Shown here one piece after another: positions 1 to 8,280 of a stretch of 64,000 nt of DNA. Under the pieces are notes generated by a model. The model was not told where the DNA came from and did not search any database. It worked only from the letters and a program-made list of their open reading frames with translations. Origin of the DNA: an uncultured Desulfobacteraceae bacterium (GTDB taxonomy: Bacteria; Desulfobacterota; DSM-4660; Desulfatiglandales; HGW-15); NCBI GenBank assembly GCA_964580575.1, contig CAZOLJ010000009.1, positions 6,101 through 70,100 of the forward strand, read 5' to 3'. Each line of letters opens with the position of its first letter. Positions within the stretch are counted from its first letter, which is position 1. A program made the translations under genes and the position numbers.

Positions 1-1074
1 CTTGCTCACAAAGCCGCTGAAAAGGGGAAACGCGGAAATGGATGCGGCGCCCACCATGCAAAACACGCATGTGAGGGGCATGGTCTTGTACAATCCCCCC
101 AGGGCAGTTCCGTTGATTTTCCCTGTGCGGTACATGACCGCGCCCATGGACATGAACAGGAGGGCTTTGAACAGGACGTCGTTGAAGGCGTGGGAAACCG
201 CGCCATTGATGGACAGGTGGGTGCCGATGCCGATGCCGCACACCATGAACCCCACTTGGTTGATCAGACTGTAGGAGAGGACCTTGCGCAGATCATTCTC
301 AATGACGGCATAGAAGATGGGAAAGGCCGTCATCAGGGCTCCGATCCATACCAGGGCCTCCGTACCGGGGAATGCTCTTGCCAACGCATACACCGCGGTC
401 TTTGTCGTAAAGGCACTCAAGAAAATGGTCCCGGTAATGGTGGCTTGCGGGTAGGCGTCTGTCAGCCACACATGGAGAAGCGGCCAGGCGCAATTAAGGC
501 CAAAGCCCAGAAAGATCAGGTAGGAGGCCAAGCCATGGAGCCCTATGTATCCGAACTCTGCAGAGCCTCCCTCATACACGTGAAGGAGAATCCCTGCCAG
601 GAGGCACAGCCCTCCGGCAGCATGAATCAGGAGATATCTGAACCCGGCACCCAAGGAGGCCGGGGTCCGGCGGGCCCAGATGAGAAAGATGGAGGCCGCG
701 TTGAGCATTTCCCAGAAGATGAAGAAGGTAAAAAAATCTCCTGCAAACACCACACCCAACGCACTGCCGGCATAGACGAGGCCCGCCGTATGCTGGAGGT
801 CATCCTTGACATGAAGGGCGTACAGAAAAGCGATAAAGGAGATGAGTAAAAAGATATATCCGAAGAGCAGACTCAGACGGTCCACCCTTCCGAAGATGAG
901 AACGTAATCCAGAAACCGGACCTCCCAATGGGTGCCTTCCGGAATGTGGAGCAGGTTGATAAACCCCACGATGGGGAGGATCAACAGATAAGCACTCTTC
1001 CATTTTCCTTTAAGGAACGGAACCAGGAATGCCCCGACGATGAACAGGAGGGCCGGTGGGACCGTACTAATCAT
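1..1074 (-). CDS. Antiporter-like membrane subunit (MrpD/MrpA/NuoL-M-N family). Only the N-terminal 358 codons are present; the C-terminus lies beyond the left window edge.
   Basis: This gene is absent from the ORF track because no stop codon falls in the window. Manual translation from the ATG at 1074-1072 gives MISTVPPALLFIVGAFLVPFLKGKWKSAYLLILPIVGFINLLHIPEGTHWEVRFLDYVLIFGRVDRLSLLFGYIF... The segments I translated (1074-781 and 60-1) contain no stop, and the frame reaches base 1 (...CMVGAASISAFPLFSGFVSK). The plus-strand ORF 190-849 is its low-complexity shadow. Confidence 0.8.
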   Translation of the reverse strand, partial: MISTVPPALLFIVGAFLVPFLKGKWKSAYLLILPIVGFINLLHIPEGTHWEVRFLDYVLIFGRVDRLSLLFGYIFLLISFIAFLYALHVKDDLQHTAGLVYAGSALGVVFAGDFFTFFIFWEMLNAASIFLIWARRTPASLGAGFRYLLIHAAGGLCLLAGILLHVYEGGSAEFGYIGLHGLASYLIFLGFGLNCAWPLLHVWLTDAYPQATITGTIFLSAFTTKTAVYALARAFPGTEALVWIGALMTAFPIFYAVIENDLRKVLSYSLINQVGFMVCGIGIGTHLSINGAVSHAFNDVLFKALLFMSMGAVMYRTGKINGTALGGLYKTMPLTCVFCMVGAASISAFPLFSGFVSK

Positions 1075-1372
1075 AGTAGTCCTCTCCTCTCTTCACCAGA
1101 GGCCGGAGGATGTATTTCGCGGCAAGAACCAGTACCACACACGCCACAAAACCAAATACGGCGTAGAATTCAGGCCACGCTTCCCAGGCAAAATGGGGGT
1201 GTTTGTGAACAAAGACCTCCAGGAGGAGCAGGACAAGGAGGGACAAAAAGAAATACCGAAGCAGCCTCTTCACGTTTTTGGGGTTGTCGAACAGGTAGCG
1301 ACGGGTATCGGTTGGTTGGTGCTCTATCCCTTGCCCCTTTTTGTTTTTTTTCAGGTCAGCCTTCTCTGTCAT
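1067..1372 (-). CDS. Small membrane protein of about 101 aa, function unknown, embedded in the Mrp-like operon.
   Basis: ORF 1067-1405. The internal ATG at 1372 is preceded by AGAGG with a spacer of about 8 nt. The product has a basic N-terminus (MTEKADLKKNKKGQG...) followed by two hydrophobic helices (FFLSLLVLLLLEVFV, FYAVFGFVACVVLVLAAKYIL). Its stop at 1067-1069 lies 4 nt from the next ATG at 1074. Confidence 0.6.
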   Translation of the reverse strand: MTEKADLKKNKKGQGIEHQPTDTRRYLFDNPKNVKRLLRYFFLSLLVLLLLEVFVHKHPHFAWEAWPEFYAVFGFVACVVLVLAAKYILRPLVKRGEDYYD

Positions 1373-1450
1373 TTTGGTGCCTCTATCGGATGGTCTGCGC
1401 AACATGCACGTCGCCAGGAGCGCTCGCGCGTTCCTGGCCCGGCAGAATTT

Positions 1451-1591
1451 TCACAGTGTTCTCAACAGGATCACCGCCAGATACACCACCCCGATGGTGA
1501 TTGTTACGAAGAAAACTTTCCTGTACATCGGGATCCCCTCATGGCCTAATTCCATCATTCCTTCAATCTCGTCGCTTCGCTCTTCCTGCAT
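1451..1591 (-). CDS. Possible 46-aa single-helix membrane peptide.
   Basis: The internal ATG at 1591-1589 lies 2 nt after the stop (1596-1594) of the upstream MrpD-like gene. The product is MQEERSDEIEGMMELGHEGIPMYRKVFFVTITIGVVYLAVILLRTL, with an acidic head and one TM helix. There is no homology claim. Confidence 0.4.
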   Translation of the reverse strand: MQEERSDEIEGMMELGHEGIPMYRKVFFVTITIGVVYLAVILLRTL

Positions 1592-1593
1592 TC

Positions 1594-3072
1594 TCAAGTC
1601 CCCGTGATCCCTTTGACCACCAGAGCGGCCAGTGTGAAGAAAGGTTGCGGATAAAAAAACAGAGTCACCGAGATCATGGTCGTCACGATCAGAGGCACCA
1701 GGCAAAACAGCGGGGCCTCCTGCACCCCTTTTTCAAACATGGCCTCTTCCGGTCGGCAGAAAAAGGCTCTGTAGACAATCGGCATGAAGTAGGCGAGATT
1801 CAAAAGGGAGCTTAGGAGCAGCACAAAAACAATGGGCAACTGGTTCGCCTCAACGGCTCCCAGCAGCAGATACCACTTGCTCAGAAAACCGCCGTACAGG
1901 GGCATTCCGATGATGCTGAGAGAGGCCATGAAAAAGGCGGCCATGGTCACCGGCATCCTCCGGCCGATACCGACCATCTCACTGATGTTCTTTCTCCCCG
2001 TGGCCACGGCAATGGCCCCTGCACAGAAAAAGAGGGTGATCTTTCCGAAGGCATGCATGGCGATGTGGAGGATGCCCCCCGTCATTCCTTTGGGGGAGAG
2101 AAGCCCCACCCCCAGCACGATATAGGAGAGCTGGGCGATGGTCGAGAACGCCAGGAGCCGCTTCAGATTGTCCTGGGAGAGGGCGATAAAAGAACCCACC
2201 AGGATCGTCACGGATGCGACAAGGAGAATGAAAGGGCTGAAATCCAAACTCTGCAGAAGGTCGGTCCCGAACACGCCGGTGAGGACCCGAACCACGCTGA
2301 AAACCCCCACCTTGACCACAGCCACCGCATGCAGGAGCGCGCTCACAGGTGTAGGCGCCACCATGGCCGCAGGCAGCCATGAATGAAAAGGCATGATGGC
2401 TGCCTTGGCAAATCCGAAGAGGAGCAGCACCAGGAGAAGCCCCATCAGAGAGCTGGAACCGGTTCCCGCCAAAAAGCCCTGTTTGCCGAACTCCAGGGTG
2501 CCGGAGAGGTTGTAGCAGATCAGCATGGCGGGAAGGACGAATCCGATGGAGGTGCCCACGATGTAGAGGAGATACTTGCGGCCCGAGCGTCGCGCTTCCT
2601 CATCCCGATGGTGGGTGACCAAAGGATAGGTGACGAAGGAGAGCATCTCGTAGAAAAGGTAAAGGGTGAGCAGGTTGGCTGAGAAAGCGACCCCGATGGC
2701 GGCTGAAAGGGCCAGGGCGAAATAACAGAAGTATTTGGTCTGATCGTGCTCCTTGAGGCCTCTCATGTAGCCGATGGAATAGGCGCTCGTCACGATCCAA
2801 AGGGAGGAGGCTACCAGGGCAAAGAACATCCCCAGGGCGTCCACCCTGAACTTGATGGCAACCCCCGGAAGGACCTCGGCTACGGTGTAAACGATTTCAG
2901 AACCATTCAGAACAGCGGGAAGCATGGAGACGATGAGAGCGAATTTGGCAATCGCCGCCACAAAGGTCCAGGCCTCCCGTACGTTCGGCCTTCCGCTCGA
3001 AAGCAGAACCGGCGTGATCAAGAGAGAGACCAGGACAGCCAAAAGGGGTTTGATGGAGATGATCGTTTCCAT
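1594..3072 (-). CDS. Antiporter-like subunit, MrpD/NuoM-N family (492 aa).
   Basis: Polytopic membrane protein. It carries typical family blocks (WLPAAMVAPTPVSALLHAVAVVKVGVF; LKRLLAFSTIAQLSYIVLG; GGILHIAMHAFGKITLFFCAG). Confidence 0.85.
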   Translation of the reverse strand: METIISIKPLLAVLVSLLITPVLLSSGRPNVREAWTFVAAIAKFALIVSMLPAVLNGSEIVYTVAEVLPGVAIKFRVDALGMFFALVASSLWIVTSAYSIGYMRGLKEHDQTKYFCYFALALSAAIGVAFSANLLTLYLFYEMLSFVTYPLVTHHRDEEARRSGRKYLLYIVGTSIGFVLPAMLICYNLSGTLEFGKQGFLAGTGSSSLMGLLLVLLLFGFAKAAIMPFHSWLPAAMVAPTPVSALLHAVAVVKVGVFSVVRVLTGVFGTDLLQSLDFSPFILLVASVTILVGSFIALSQDNLKRLLAFSTIAQLSYIVLGVGLLSPKGMTGGILHIAMHAFGKITLFFCAGAIAVATGRKNISEMVGIGRRMPVTMAAFFMASLSIIGMPLYGGFLSKWYLLLGAVEANQLPIVFVLLLSSLLNLAYFMPIVYRAFFCRPEEAMFEKGVQEAPLFCLVPLIVTTMISVTLFFYPQPFFTLAALVVKGITGT

Positions 3073-3127
3073 GTTTTCTTATCTCATACACCCACCCATG
3101 TCCTTTGAGAACAGGCGGGTAGGAAAA

Positions 3128-4618
3128 CTACACAAGACTTGCAGGTACGGCAAACCGGATAATGTGGTTGATGATATCCCCGGTATAAAGGCCCAACACA
3201 ATGAGCGTTGCAGCGACCATGAGAAGGGGAACCAGCATGCTGAGGGGGGCTTCATCCAGAACCGGGGAAGACCTTCCATGGCCGTGAGACTCGCCCCAGG
3301 GCTCGTAGTAGCTGATTTCAATCACTCTGAAAAAAAGGACCACATTGACCAGGCTGCTGAAAAGCAAAGCGGCCACGAAGCCGTAGTGCCCTGCCTGAAT
3401 CGCTCCGGAGAGAAGGTACCACTTGCTGAAAAAGCCGCACGTGGGGGGCACGCCGATGATGGAGACGGCTCCTACCACAAAGGCTCCCATGGTAAAAGGC
3501 ATGGTGCGGCACAACCCCTTCAGGTTTTCGAATCGGTAGCCTTTCACCTTGTAAACAATATTTCCGACGACGAGGAAGACGCACAAGGTCATGAACGCGT
3601 CATTGACGATGTGAAGGATCGCACCGATCATCCCGTCGCGATTCCCGAGCCAGGCGCCGCCCACCATGTAGCCCACCTCTGCGACGATGACGTAGGTGAG
3701 CATTTTCTTCAGATTCCGCTCGGCCAGAGCCAGGACGGCACCCGCCACAATGGCCAGAACAGCGAGCCAGACAAAGGGCCCCTTCACGGCCAGGACGGAA
3801 AAGTCAAATATCGGGGTGAAGACCGTGAGGATGAGACGGATCATCACATAGACCATGACCTTGGTCATAAGGGGCGCCACCAGGCTGGTGGCTGCAGACG
3901 AAGCAAAGGTGTAAGCATTGGGCATCCAAGCATGGAGGGGGAAGAACGCCATCTTGATCCAAAGACCCACCATGCAGAGGATAAAAGCCACCAGCACAGC
4001 CTTCGACTGATAAAGAGCGGGAAGAATGGAGGCAATGTCCAGCATGTTGAGGGAGCCGGTAACAATGTAAAGATAGCCCACGCCCAAGAGGTAGAAACAA
4101 GCGCCGATGGTGCCCATGTAAAGATAGTTGAGACTGGAAAGAGGCGCCCTGTCCTCACCCATGGCCACCAGGCCGTACCCGGTGATGGAGGCAATCTCCA
4201 ACAGGACGTAGAGGTTGAAAGCATCCCCTGTCACCGAGATCCCCAGAAGCCCCGCGACCATGAGGACATAGAGGGTATAGAAGGCCCCGATCTTGTCAGG
4301 GAACTCCTCTTCAACGCTTTTCTTGCTGGCGATCAGGTTGAGGAGAGCGACCAGAGGGACCGTGACGAGGATCAGGGCATTGAGGTGATCCACATAATAA
4401 GATATGCCCCATGGCGGTTCCCACCCCCCCAAGTAATAAACGAAGGGTCCCTCGGATACCACCCTCCTGAGGAGATTCAGGGATGAATAGAGGGAGGAGG
4501 CCAGGGCGATGAGGGCGATGGGAAAGCAAAGGCGTTTTGCCAGCCACCCTGCGATACAGATCAGGAGGGCGGAGAGGAGGGGAACCGTGACCAGGAGTGC
4601 GGGATGGTGCTCGTTCAT
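3128..4618 (-). CDS. Antiporter-like subunit, MrpD/NuoM-N family (496 aa).
   Basis: It carries family blocks (FFPLHAWMPNAYTFASSAATSLVAPLMTKVMVYVMIR; LKKMLTYVIVAEVGYMVGG; ILHIVNDAFMTLCVFLVVG). Its ATG overlaps the mrpC stop (ATGA at 4618-4615). Confidence 0.85.
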   Translation of the reverse strand: MNEHHPALLVTVPLLSALLICIAGWLAKRLCFPIALIALASSLYSSLNLLRRVVSEGPFVYYLGGWEPPWGISYYVDHLNALILVTVPLVALLNLIASKKSVEEEFPDKIGAFYTLYVLMVAGLLGISVTGDAFNLYVLLEIASITGYGLVAMGEDRAPLSSLNYLYMGTIGACFYLLGVGYLYIVTGSLNMLDIASILPALYQSKAVLVAFILCMVGLWIKMAFFPLHAWMPNAYTFASSAATSLVAPLMTKVMVYVMIRLILTVFTPIFDFSVLAVKGPFVWLAVLAIVAGAVLALAERNLKKMLTYVIVAEVGYMVGGAWLGNRDGMIGAILHIVNDAFMTLCVFLVVGNIVYKVKGYRFENLKGLCRTMPFTMGAFVVGAVSIIGVPPTCGFFSKWYLLSGAIQAGHYGFVAALLFSSLVNVVLFFRVIEISYYEPWGESHGHGRSSPVLDEAPLSMLVPLLMVAATLIVLGLYTGDIINHIIRFAVPASLV

Positions 4619-5025
4619 TCTTCTCGGATCTGCGACAGGATTTCGTCTTCTTCCAGCGTCTTGTAACGGTTATAGATTCTTATGGCCAGGGCCAACGCGA
4701 CGCCCAGGGTGGACACGGACACGACGATGGCGGTGAGCATCAACACATGAGGCAACGGGTTGATATAGTCGATGGCCCGCACGACGGAAGCGCCGGCATC
4801 ATGAACGGCTCCTTCGTGGGCGTGCTCGATGATGGGGATGGTGGCCCCTTTCTTGGCTCCGATGGAAACGTAGAAAAGGATGATTGCCGTTTGGAAAATG
4901 TTCATTCCCACAATCTTTTTGACCAGATTGTTCTTGGCGATCATGGCATAGAGACCGATCATCATCAGAATGATGTAGATCCAGTAGTTATACCTGCCCA
5001 GAATGATCGAAAAGAAATCCTGCAT
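4615..5025 (-). CDS. mrpC: Mrp subunit C (NuoK-like), 136 aa.
   Basis: Three-helix small membrane protein, MQDFFSIILGRYNYWIYIILMMIGLYAMIAKNNLVKKIVGMNIFQTAIILFYVS... It occupies the MnhC/NuoK-like position between the B and D subunits. Confidence 0.8.
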   Translation of the reverse strand: MQDFFSIILGRYNYWIYIILMMIGLYAMIAKNNLVKKIVGMNIFQTAIILFYVSIGAKKGATIPIIEHAHEGAVHDAGASVVRAIDYINPLPHVLMLTAIVVSVSTLGVALALAIRIYNRYKTLEEDEILSQIREE

Positions 5026-5099
5026 ATCCCAATTCCTGTCTCCGGGTCCCTTTGTCCTTTGTTTATCAGTTTTTCGGCTTCAGCCGACGGAGAGCCTTC

Positions 5100-5933
5100 T
5101 TAGAGTCCTTCATCATACCTTCCCTCCGAGGAGAGGTTATTGTAGATCCAGATCATGGTGGCCATGACCGCAATCCCCACCCCCACCTCCACAATAAAGA
5201 TGCCGTGAGACCGGGCCATGATGGAATCCACCCCGAGCAGAGGGGCCAGGGCCTTGTAATCCAGGAAATTCTGTCCCAGCACCAAGCACAAGGCGCCGGT
5301 GCCGGCATAGATGAACACGCCGACCGGGCAGAAGAGGGTGTGGATCTTTTCACCGATCCGGGCCAGGGACGATCTCAGGTCCTGGGATATGGCCAGCAGG
5401 ATGAAGCTGGCCCCGAGAATGACGCCGCCCTGAAACCCTCCTCCGGGGCTGTGGTGGCCATGGGCGATCACGTAGAGGGCGAAGATCTGGATGAACGGGA
5501 TGATCAGACGGCACATGGTTTTGACGATGAAATCATAAGGGGTCCACAGGGTGTCGATGCTTTCGAACTCGTCCAGGACGCCCGGAGGAACCCTCCTGCC
5601 GTCCTTGATGCGGAGGGTTATCCCCGTGGGCGTATGACGGTATTGGACCTGTTCCGACCCCACGGTTTTGAAGGTCCTCAGCAACACGAAGCAGACCACT
5701 CCGGCCACGAAGATGACCGTGGTCTCGAACATCGTATCAAAGCCCCGGTAGTCGGCCAACACCGAGGTCACCGCGTTGGGGACCGCCGTCTCTTCCACGG
5801 TCTTTTCGATGTAGCGCGGTGAGACATGCGTGCTGGCAGGAGAAGCGGGATCCGCCCAGGGCGGAAAATCCACCGTGGCGTACAGAAGAAACGCCCCTGA
5901 GAGGAAAACGATCACGAGGCCCAGGTGTTTCAA
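5100..5933 (-). CDS. mrpB: Mrp subunit B (MnhB domain), about 277 aa.
   Basis: The tracked ORF 5100-6206 has an implausible Arg/Gly/His-rich N-terminus that overlaps the upstream gene. A TTG at 5933 is preceded by AAGGAGGA and overlaps the upstream stop (TTGA at 5933-5930). From there the product reads (M)KHLGLVIVFLSGAFLLYATVDFPPWADPASPAST..., which is MnhB-like. Confidence 0.75.
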   Translation of the reverse strand: MKHLGLVIVFLSGAFLLYATVDFPPWADPASPASTHVSPRYIEKTVEETAVPNAVTSVLADYRGFDTMFETTVIFVAGVVCFVLLRTFKTVGSEQVQYRHTPTGITLRIKDGRRVPPGVLDEFESIDTLWTPYDFIVKTMCRLIIPFIQIFALYVIAHGHHSPGGGFQGGVILGASFILLAISQDLRSSLARIGEKIHTLFCPVGVFIYAGTGALCLVLGQNFLDYKALAPLLGVDSIMARSHGIFIVEVGVGIAVMATMIWIYNNLSSEGRYDEGL

Positions 5934-6175
5934 TCCTTTGTCCTCCTTGTGGTTCGAAAGACGGCGGCAACAAAAAACACGGTGCCCACGCCCGCCCCCA
6001 CCGAGGCCTCCGTGAAGGATACGTCCACGGCGCCCATGATGGACCAGAGCAGGCACATCATGAAGCTGTAAGCACCGAAGAGGATGGCGGCACCCAGAAG
6101 ATCCTTCACCATGAGGGATCCGATGCCGGCGATCACGACCAGGGAGAGGATGAGCAGGTCCAGTTGCCAGATCAA
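5930..6175 (-). CDS. DUF4040 / MrpA C-terminal-like (MbhD-like) small membrane subunit, 81 aa.
   Basis: MIWQLDLLILSLVVIAGIGSLMVKDLLGAAILFGAYSFMMCLLWSIMGAVDVSFTEASVGAGVGTVFF. The composition and the position between mrpG and mrpB match the split MrpA C-terminal piece seen in Mbh/Mrp-type clusters. Confidence 0.65.
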   Translation of the reverse strand: MIWQLDLLILSLVVIAGIGSLMVKDLLGAAILFGAYSFMMCLLWSIMGAVDVSFTEASVGAGVGTVFFVAAVFRTTRRTKD

Positions 6176-6178
6176 CGT

Positions 6179-6502
6179 TTATCTCCTTCTGTTGCCCTTG
6201 AACCACGGCATGAGGCCCGCCCTCATCCCTGCATCGACGATCGCATGGACGGCCGTGGGGCTCGACAGAAAAATGAACACAACAACCAGCATGATCTTGA
6301 GGCTCGTGAGAACATTCAGCAGTGTGAAATGGTGAAGATTGTAGATCGCGAAGGCGATCATCATGAGGAGTGTCCCCAGGGTGTCCAGCTTTCCCGCGGG
6401 TTGAAGCCTGGAATAGAAGTCCGGAAAACGGAGGATCCCCACCGTTCCTCCTGTGAGGAAGACGAGGCCGCAGATCATGAGAATAGTGACGAGGAGGTCC
6501 AT
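6179..6502 (-). CDS. mrpG: Mrp subunit G (MnhG), 107 aa.
   Basis: MDLLVTILMICGLVFLTGGTVGILRFPDFYSRLQPAGKLDTLG... This is the MnhG signature region (RFPD.Y.R.H). Confidence 0.8.
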   Translation of the reverse strand: MDLLVTILMICGLVFLTGGTVGILRFPDFYSRLQPAGKLDTLGTLLMMIAFAIYNLHHFTLLNVLTSLKIMLVVVFIFLSSPTAVHAIVDAGMRAGLMPWFKGNRRR

Positions 6503-6576
6503 CTCAGTCCTCTCTTCCGGTCAGGCGGACAACCCCCCGACCCTCTGGAGGGCAGGCGCTTTCAACGGGGTTGGAT

Positions 6577-6852
6577 TCATTCCTCATAAAGGCCCTTTCG
6601 CTTCTGAAAATATTTGGAGGCCGCCAGGACCGCGATGAAATTCAGCAGGGCATAGGCCAGGGAGATATCCACGAACATGTCCACCCGCTCATAGAGCAGG
6701 CCGATCAGGATGAGCAACACCACGGTCTTGCTTCCTATCGCGTTCACCCCGATGAGACGATCCGGGACCGTGGGGCCGAAGGCTCCACGGTACAGGGACA
6801 GCAACATCAGCATTCCTATATAAAGGGCAACGTAAAGAAAGACCTGGTCCAT
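6577..6852 (-). CDS. mrpF: Mrp subunit F (MnhF), 91 aa.
   Basis: MDQVFLYVALYIGMLMLLSLYRGAFGPTVPDRLIGVNAIGSKTVVLLILIG... This is the typical MnhF block (GPT..DR....D). Confidence 0.8.
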   Translation of the reverse strand: MDQVFLYVALYIGMLMLLSLYRGAFGPTVPDRLIGVNAIGSKTVVLLILIGLLYERVDMFVDISLAYALLNFIAVLAASKYFQKRKGLYEE

Positions 6853-7445
6853 CAGTTCTCTCCAAAGGCCTTGGCGATCCGTTCCTCCATGTCGCCCGGG
6901 AGGGATTCGGCCGATTTCGCGTCGATGGCGTGGACCCTGAAATACCCGTCCGAGGAGACGTAAATGGTGATCGTGCCCGGCGTGAGGGTAATCGAATTGG
7001 CAAAGGTCAGCTGGGAGAGATCGCTCCGCAATCGGGTTTTGAACCTGATGATCTGGGGATCGATGACGTCCATCATCCTGGGATGAAAGGTGAGATACAG
7101 CAAATGGAAGTTCGAGAGGACGATCTGGTACAGGAGCCAGGGAATGTAAGCAATAAACCGCACCCAGGAAACGATCAGGCGGCCCAGGGAAATATCCGAA
7201 CGGGGAAAGAGCATGTCGGAGGAGAAGTAAGAAACAAGGGCGCAGGAAATGACCCCAAGACTCAAATGAAAAAGATCAAACTTGCCGGAAAGCACAATCC
7301 AGAGAACCAGCGTGATCAGGAAGGTGAGAACGAAAGGCGCAAAAGGCCTCCGTGGCCGACGGACGGCCGGAGGCTCGACCCTGTTTCCTTGACGTGATGG
7401 ATCGCGGTGGTCGCTTGTCCGCTTCTGAAGTTCCAAAGAGTGCAT
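6852..7445 (-). CDS. mrpE: Mrp subunit E (MnhE). The start is uncertain.
   Basis: The core, FVLTFLITLVLWIVLSGKFDLFHLSLGVISCALVSYF...ITLTPGTITIYVSSDGYFRVHAIDA, is MnhE-like. The first in-frame ATG is at 7445 (MHSLELQKR...), but its GGAGG lies only 2 nt upstream. The 40-aa charged leader is atypical. Confidence 0.7.
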   Translation of the reverse strand: MHSLELQKRTSDHRDPSRQGNRVEPPAVRRPRRPFAPFVLTFLITLVLWIVLSGKFDLFHLSLGVISCALVSYFSSDMLFPRSDISLGRLIVSWVRFIAYIPWLLYQIVLSNFHLLYLTFHPRMMDVIDPQIIRFKTRLRSDLSQLTFANSITLTPGTITIYVSSDGYFRVHAIDAKSAESLPGDMEERIAKAFGEN

Positions 7446-7512
7446 TTCCTCCGGTTCAACTCGAACCCCCACTCCGCACAGCTCCGGGGGCACGGGTCAT
7501 TTTGAGCGCCGA

Positions 7513-7541
7513 ATGTTAGGCACTTCAACTTGGGATGTCAA
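7513..7541 (-). promoter_or_regulatory. Sigma70-like promoter candidate for the Mrp-like operon.
   Basis: Read on the minus strand: TTGACA (7541-7536), a 17-nt spacer, then TAACAT (7518-7513). It lies about 70 nt upstream of the mrpE ATG. Confidence 0.45.
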
Positions 7542-7682
7542 TAGTAAAATTCATTGGTTGTGGTGACAGAACAACCGGATCATCGGCGCGGGGACGGAGA
7601 AACGAAAAGCGGGTTTTTTGCTGCTGAGAGCCATGGGCGAGAAGCATCTCAGGTTCGGCTAAGAGTGTCTGCGGCAGCGGCG

Positions 7683-8180
7683 TCAGGAGCGGCGGGGAGT
7701 CTTGATAAAAGGCTCGCTTTCGGCAAACTGCACGTTGTTTCGGATGAGCCGTTTGACCATATCGAGAAGTTGAGACCTTTCTTCGTTTGAAAAACCCTTC
7801 AGCAGAACCTCCAACCACTCGTCCTTTTCCTTTTCAATGGAATTCAGCGTTTCTTTGCCTTTCGGGGTGATCTCGAGGAGCCTCACTCGCTCGTCCTTGG
7901 GGTCTGACTTTCTGAGGATGAACCCGGCTTTTTCCAGCCTCTTTGCGAGCCCTGTCATATTGGCCCCGGGAACGAGCATAATGCGACCTACCTCACTGAT
8001 CTTGTTCTGCCCGTTTTCCGAGGCCTCCAGGACCCTCAGAACATTGTACTGGGGAAAAGAGAGCCCATAGTTCCTGAAAACACCCGTGTGGGCTCTCTTA
8101 AAAATCTCTGCAGCCCTGACAACAGCGATGAGCAGTTTTTCATCCGTGCTCAAGTTGCTTTTGTAAGGGGACCCTGCCAT
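7683..8180 (-). CDS. MarR-family transcriptional regulator, 165 aa.
   Basis: Winged-HTH MarR pattern: LSFPQYNVLRVLEASENGQNKISEVGRIMLVPGANMTGLAKRLEKAGFILRKSDPKDERVRLLEITPKGKE. It is divergent from the 8666-27922 island. Confidence 0.85.
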   Translation of the reverse strand: MAGSPYKSNLSTDEKLLIAVVRAAEIFKRAHTGVFRNYGLSFPQYNVLRVLEASENGQNKISEVGRIMLVPGANMTGLAKRLEKAGFILRKSDPKDERVRLLEITPKGKETLNSIEKEKDEWLEVLLKGFSNEERSQLLDMVKRLIRNNVQFAESEPFIKTPRRS

Positions 8181-8230
8181 GGAACGCCTCTCTCATGCGC
8201 CAAGTGTGGTCATTTTTTTATAACAAGCCG

Positions 8231-8276
8231 TTGACAAAATCAATTACTTAATATATTGACAATCGAAACATTGACT
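8231..8276. promoter_or_regulatory. AT-rich divergent control region carrying three TTGAC(A/T) motifs and the small palindrome ATTGACAAT. It is a candidate MarR operator and promoter zone.
   Basis: TTGACA at 8231-8236, TTGACA at 8256-8261 (inside ATTGACAAT, 8255-8263) and TTGACT at 8271-8276. On the minus strand, TTGATT, 15 nt, then TATAAA precedes marR. Confidence 0.3.
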
Positions 8277-8280
8277 AAAT

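Noticed and set aside
190-849. Long ORFs lying antisense to well-supported genes. On the plus strand these are 190-849, 2924-4486, 5052-5822, 5819-6589, 35630-37009, 37602-38420, 39514-40848, 41320-43008, 44505-46802, 47426-48451 and 53253-55322. On the minus strand they are 9482-10012, 10338-10964, 15995-16963, 22804-23571, 25778-27184, 50160-50702, 51594-52877, 56800-58644 and 58604-59545.
   Set aside because: Their translations are low-complexity and rich in Arg, Gly, His, Asp, Glu and Pro, with no motifs. Each fully overlaps a gene with clear family signatures on the other strand. These are typical shadow ORFs of GC-rich coding DNA.
5934-6206. N-terminal extensions of tracked ORFs 5100-6206 (mrpB) and 28659-30167 (dctM).
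   Set aside because: The extensions overlap the upstream genes in another frame and are Arg/Gly/His-rich. Internal TTG and GTG starts with strong SD sequences and stop-start overlaps give normal-length proteins.
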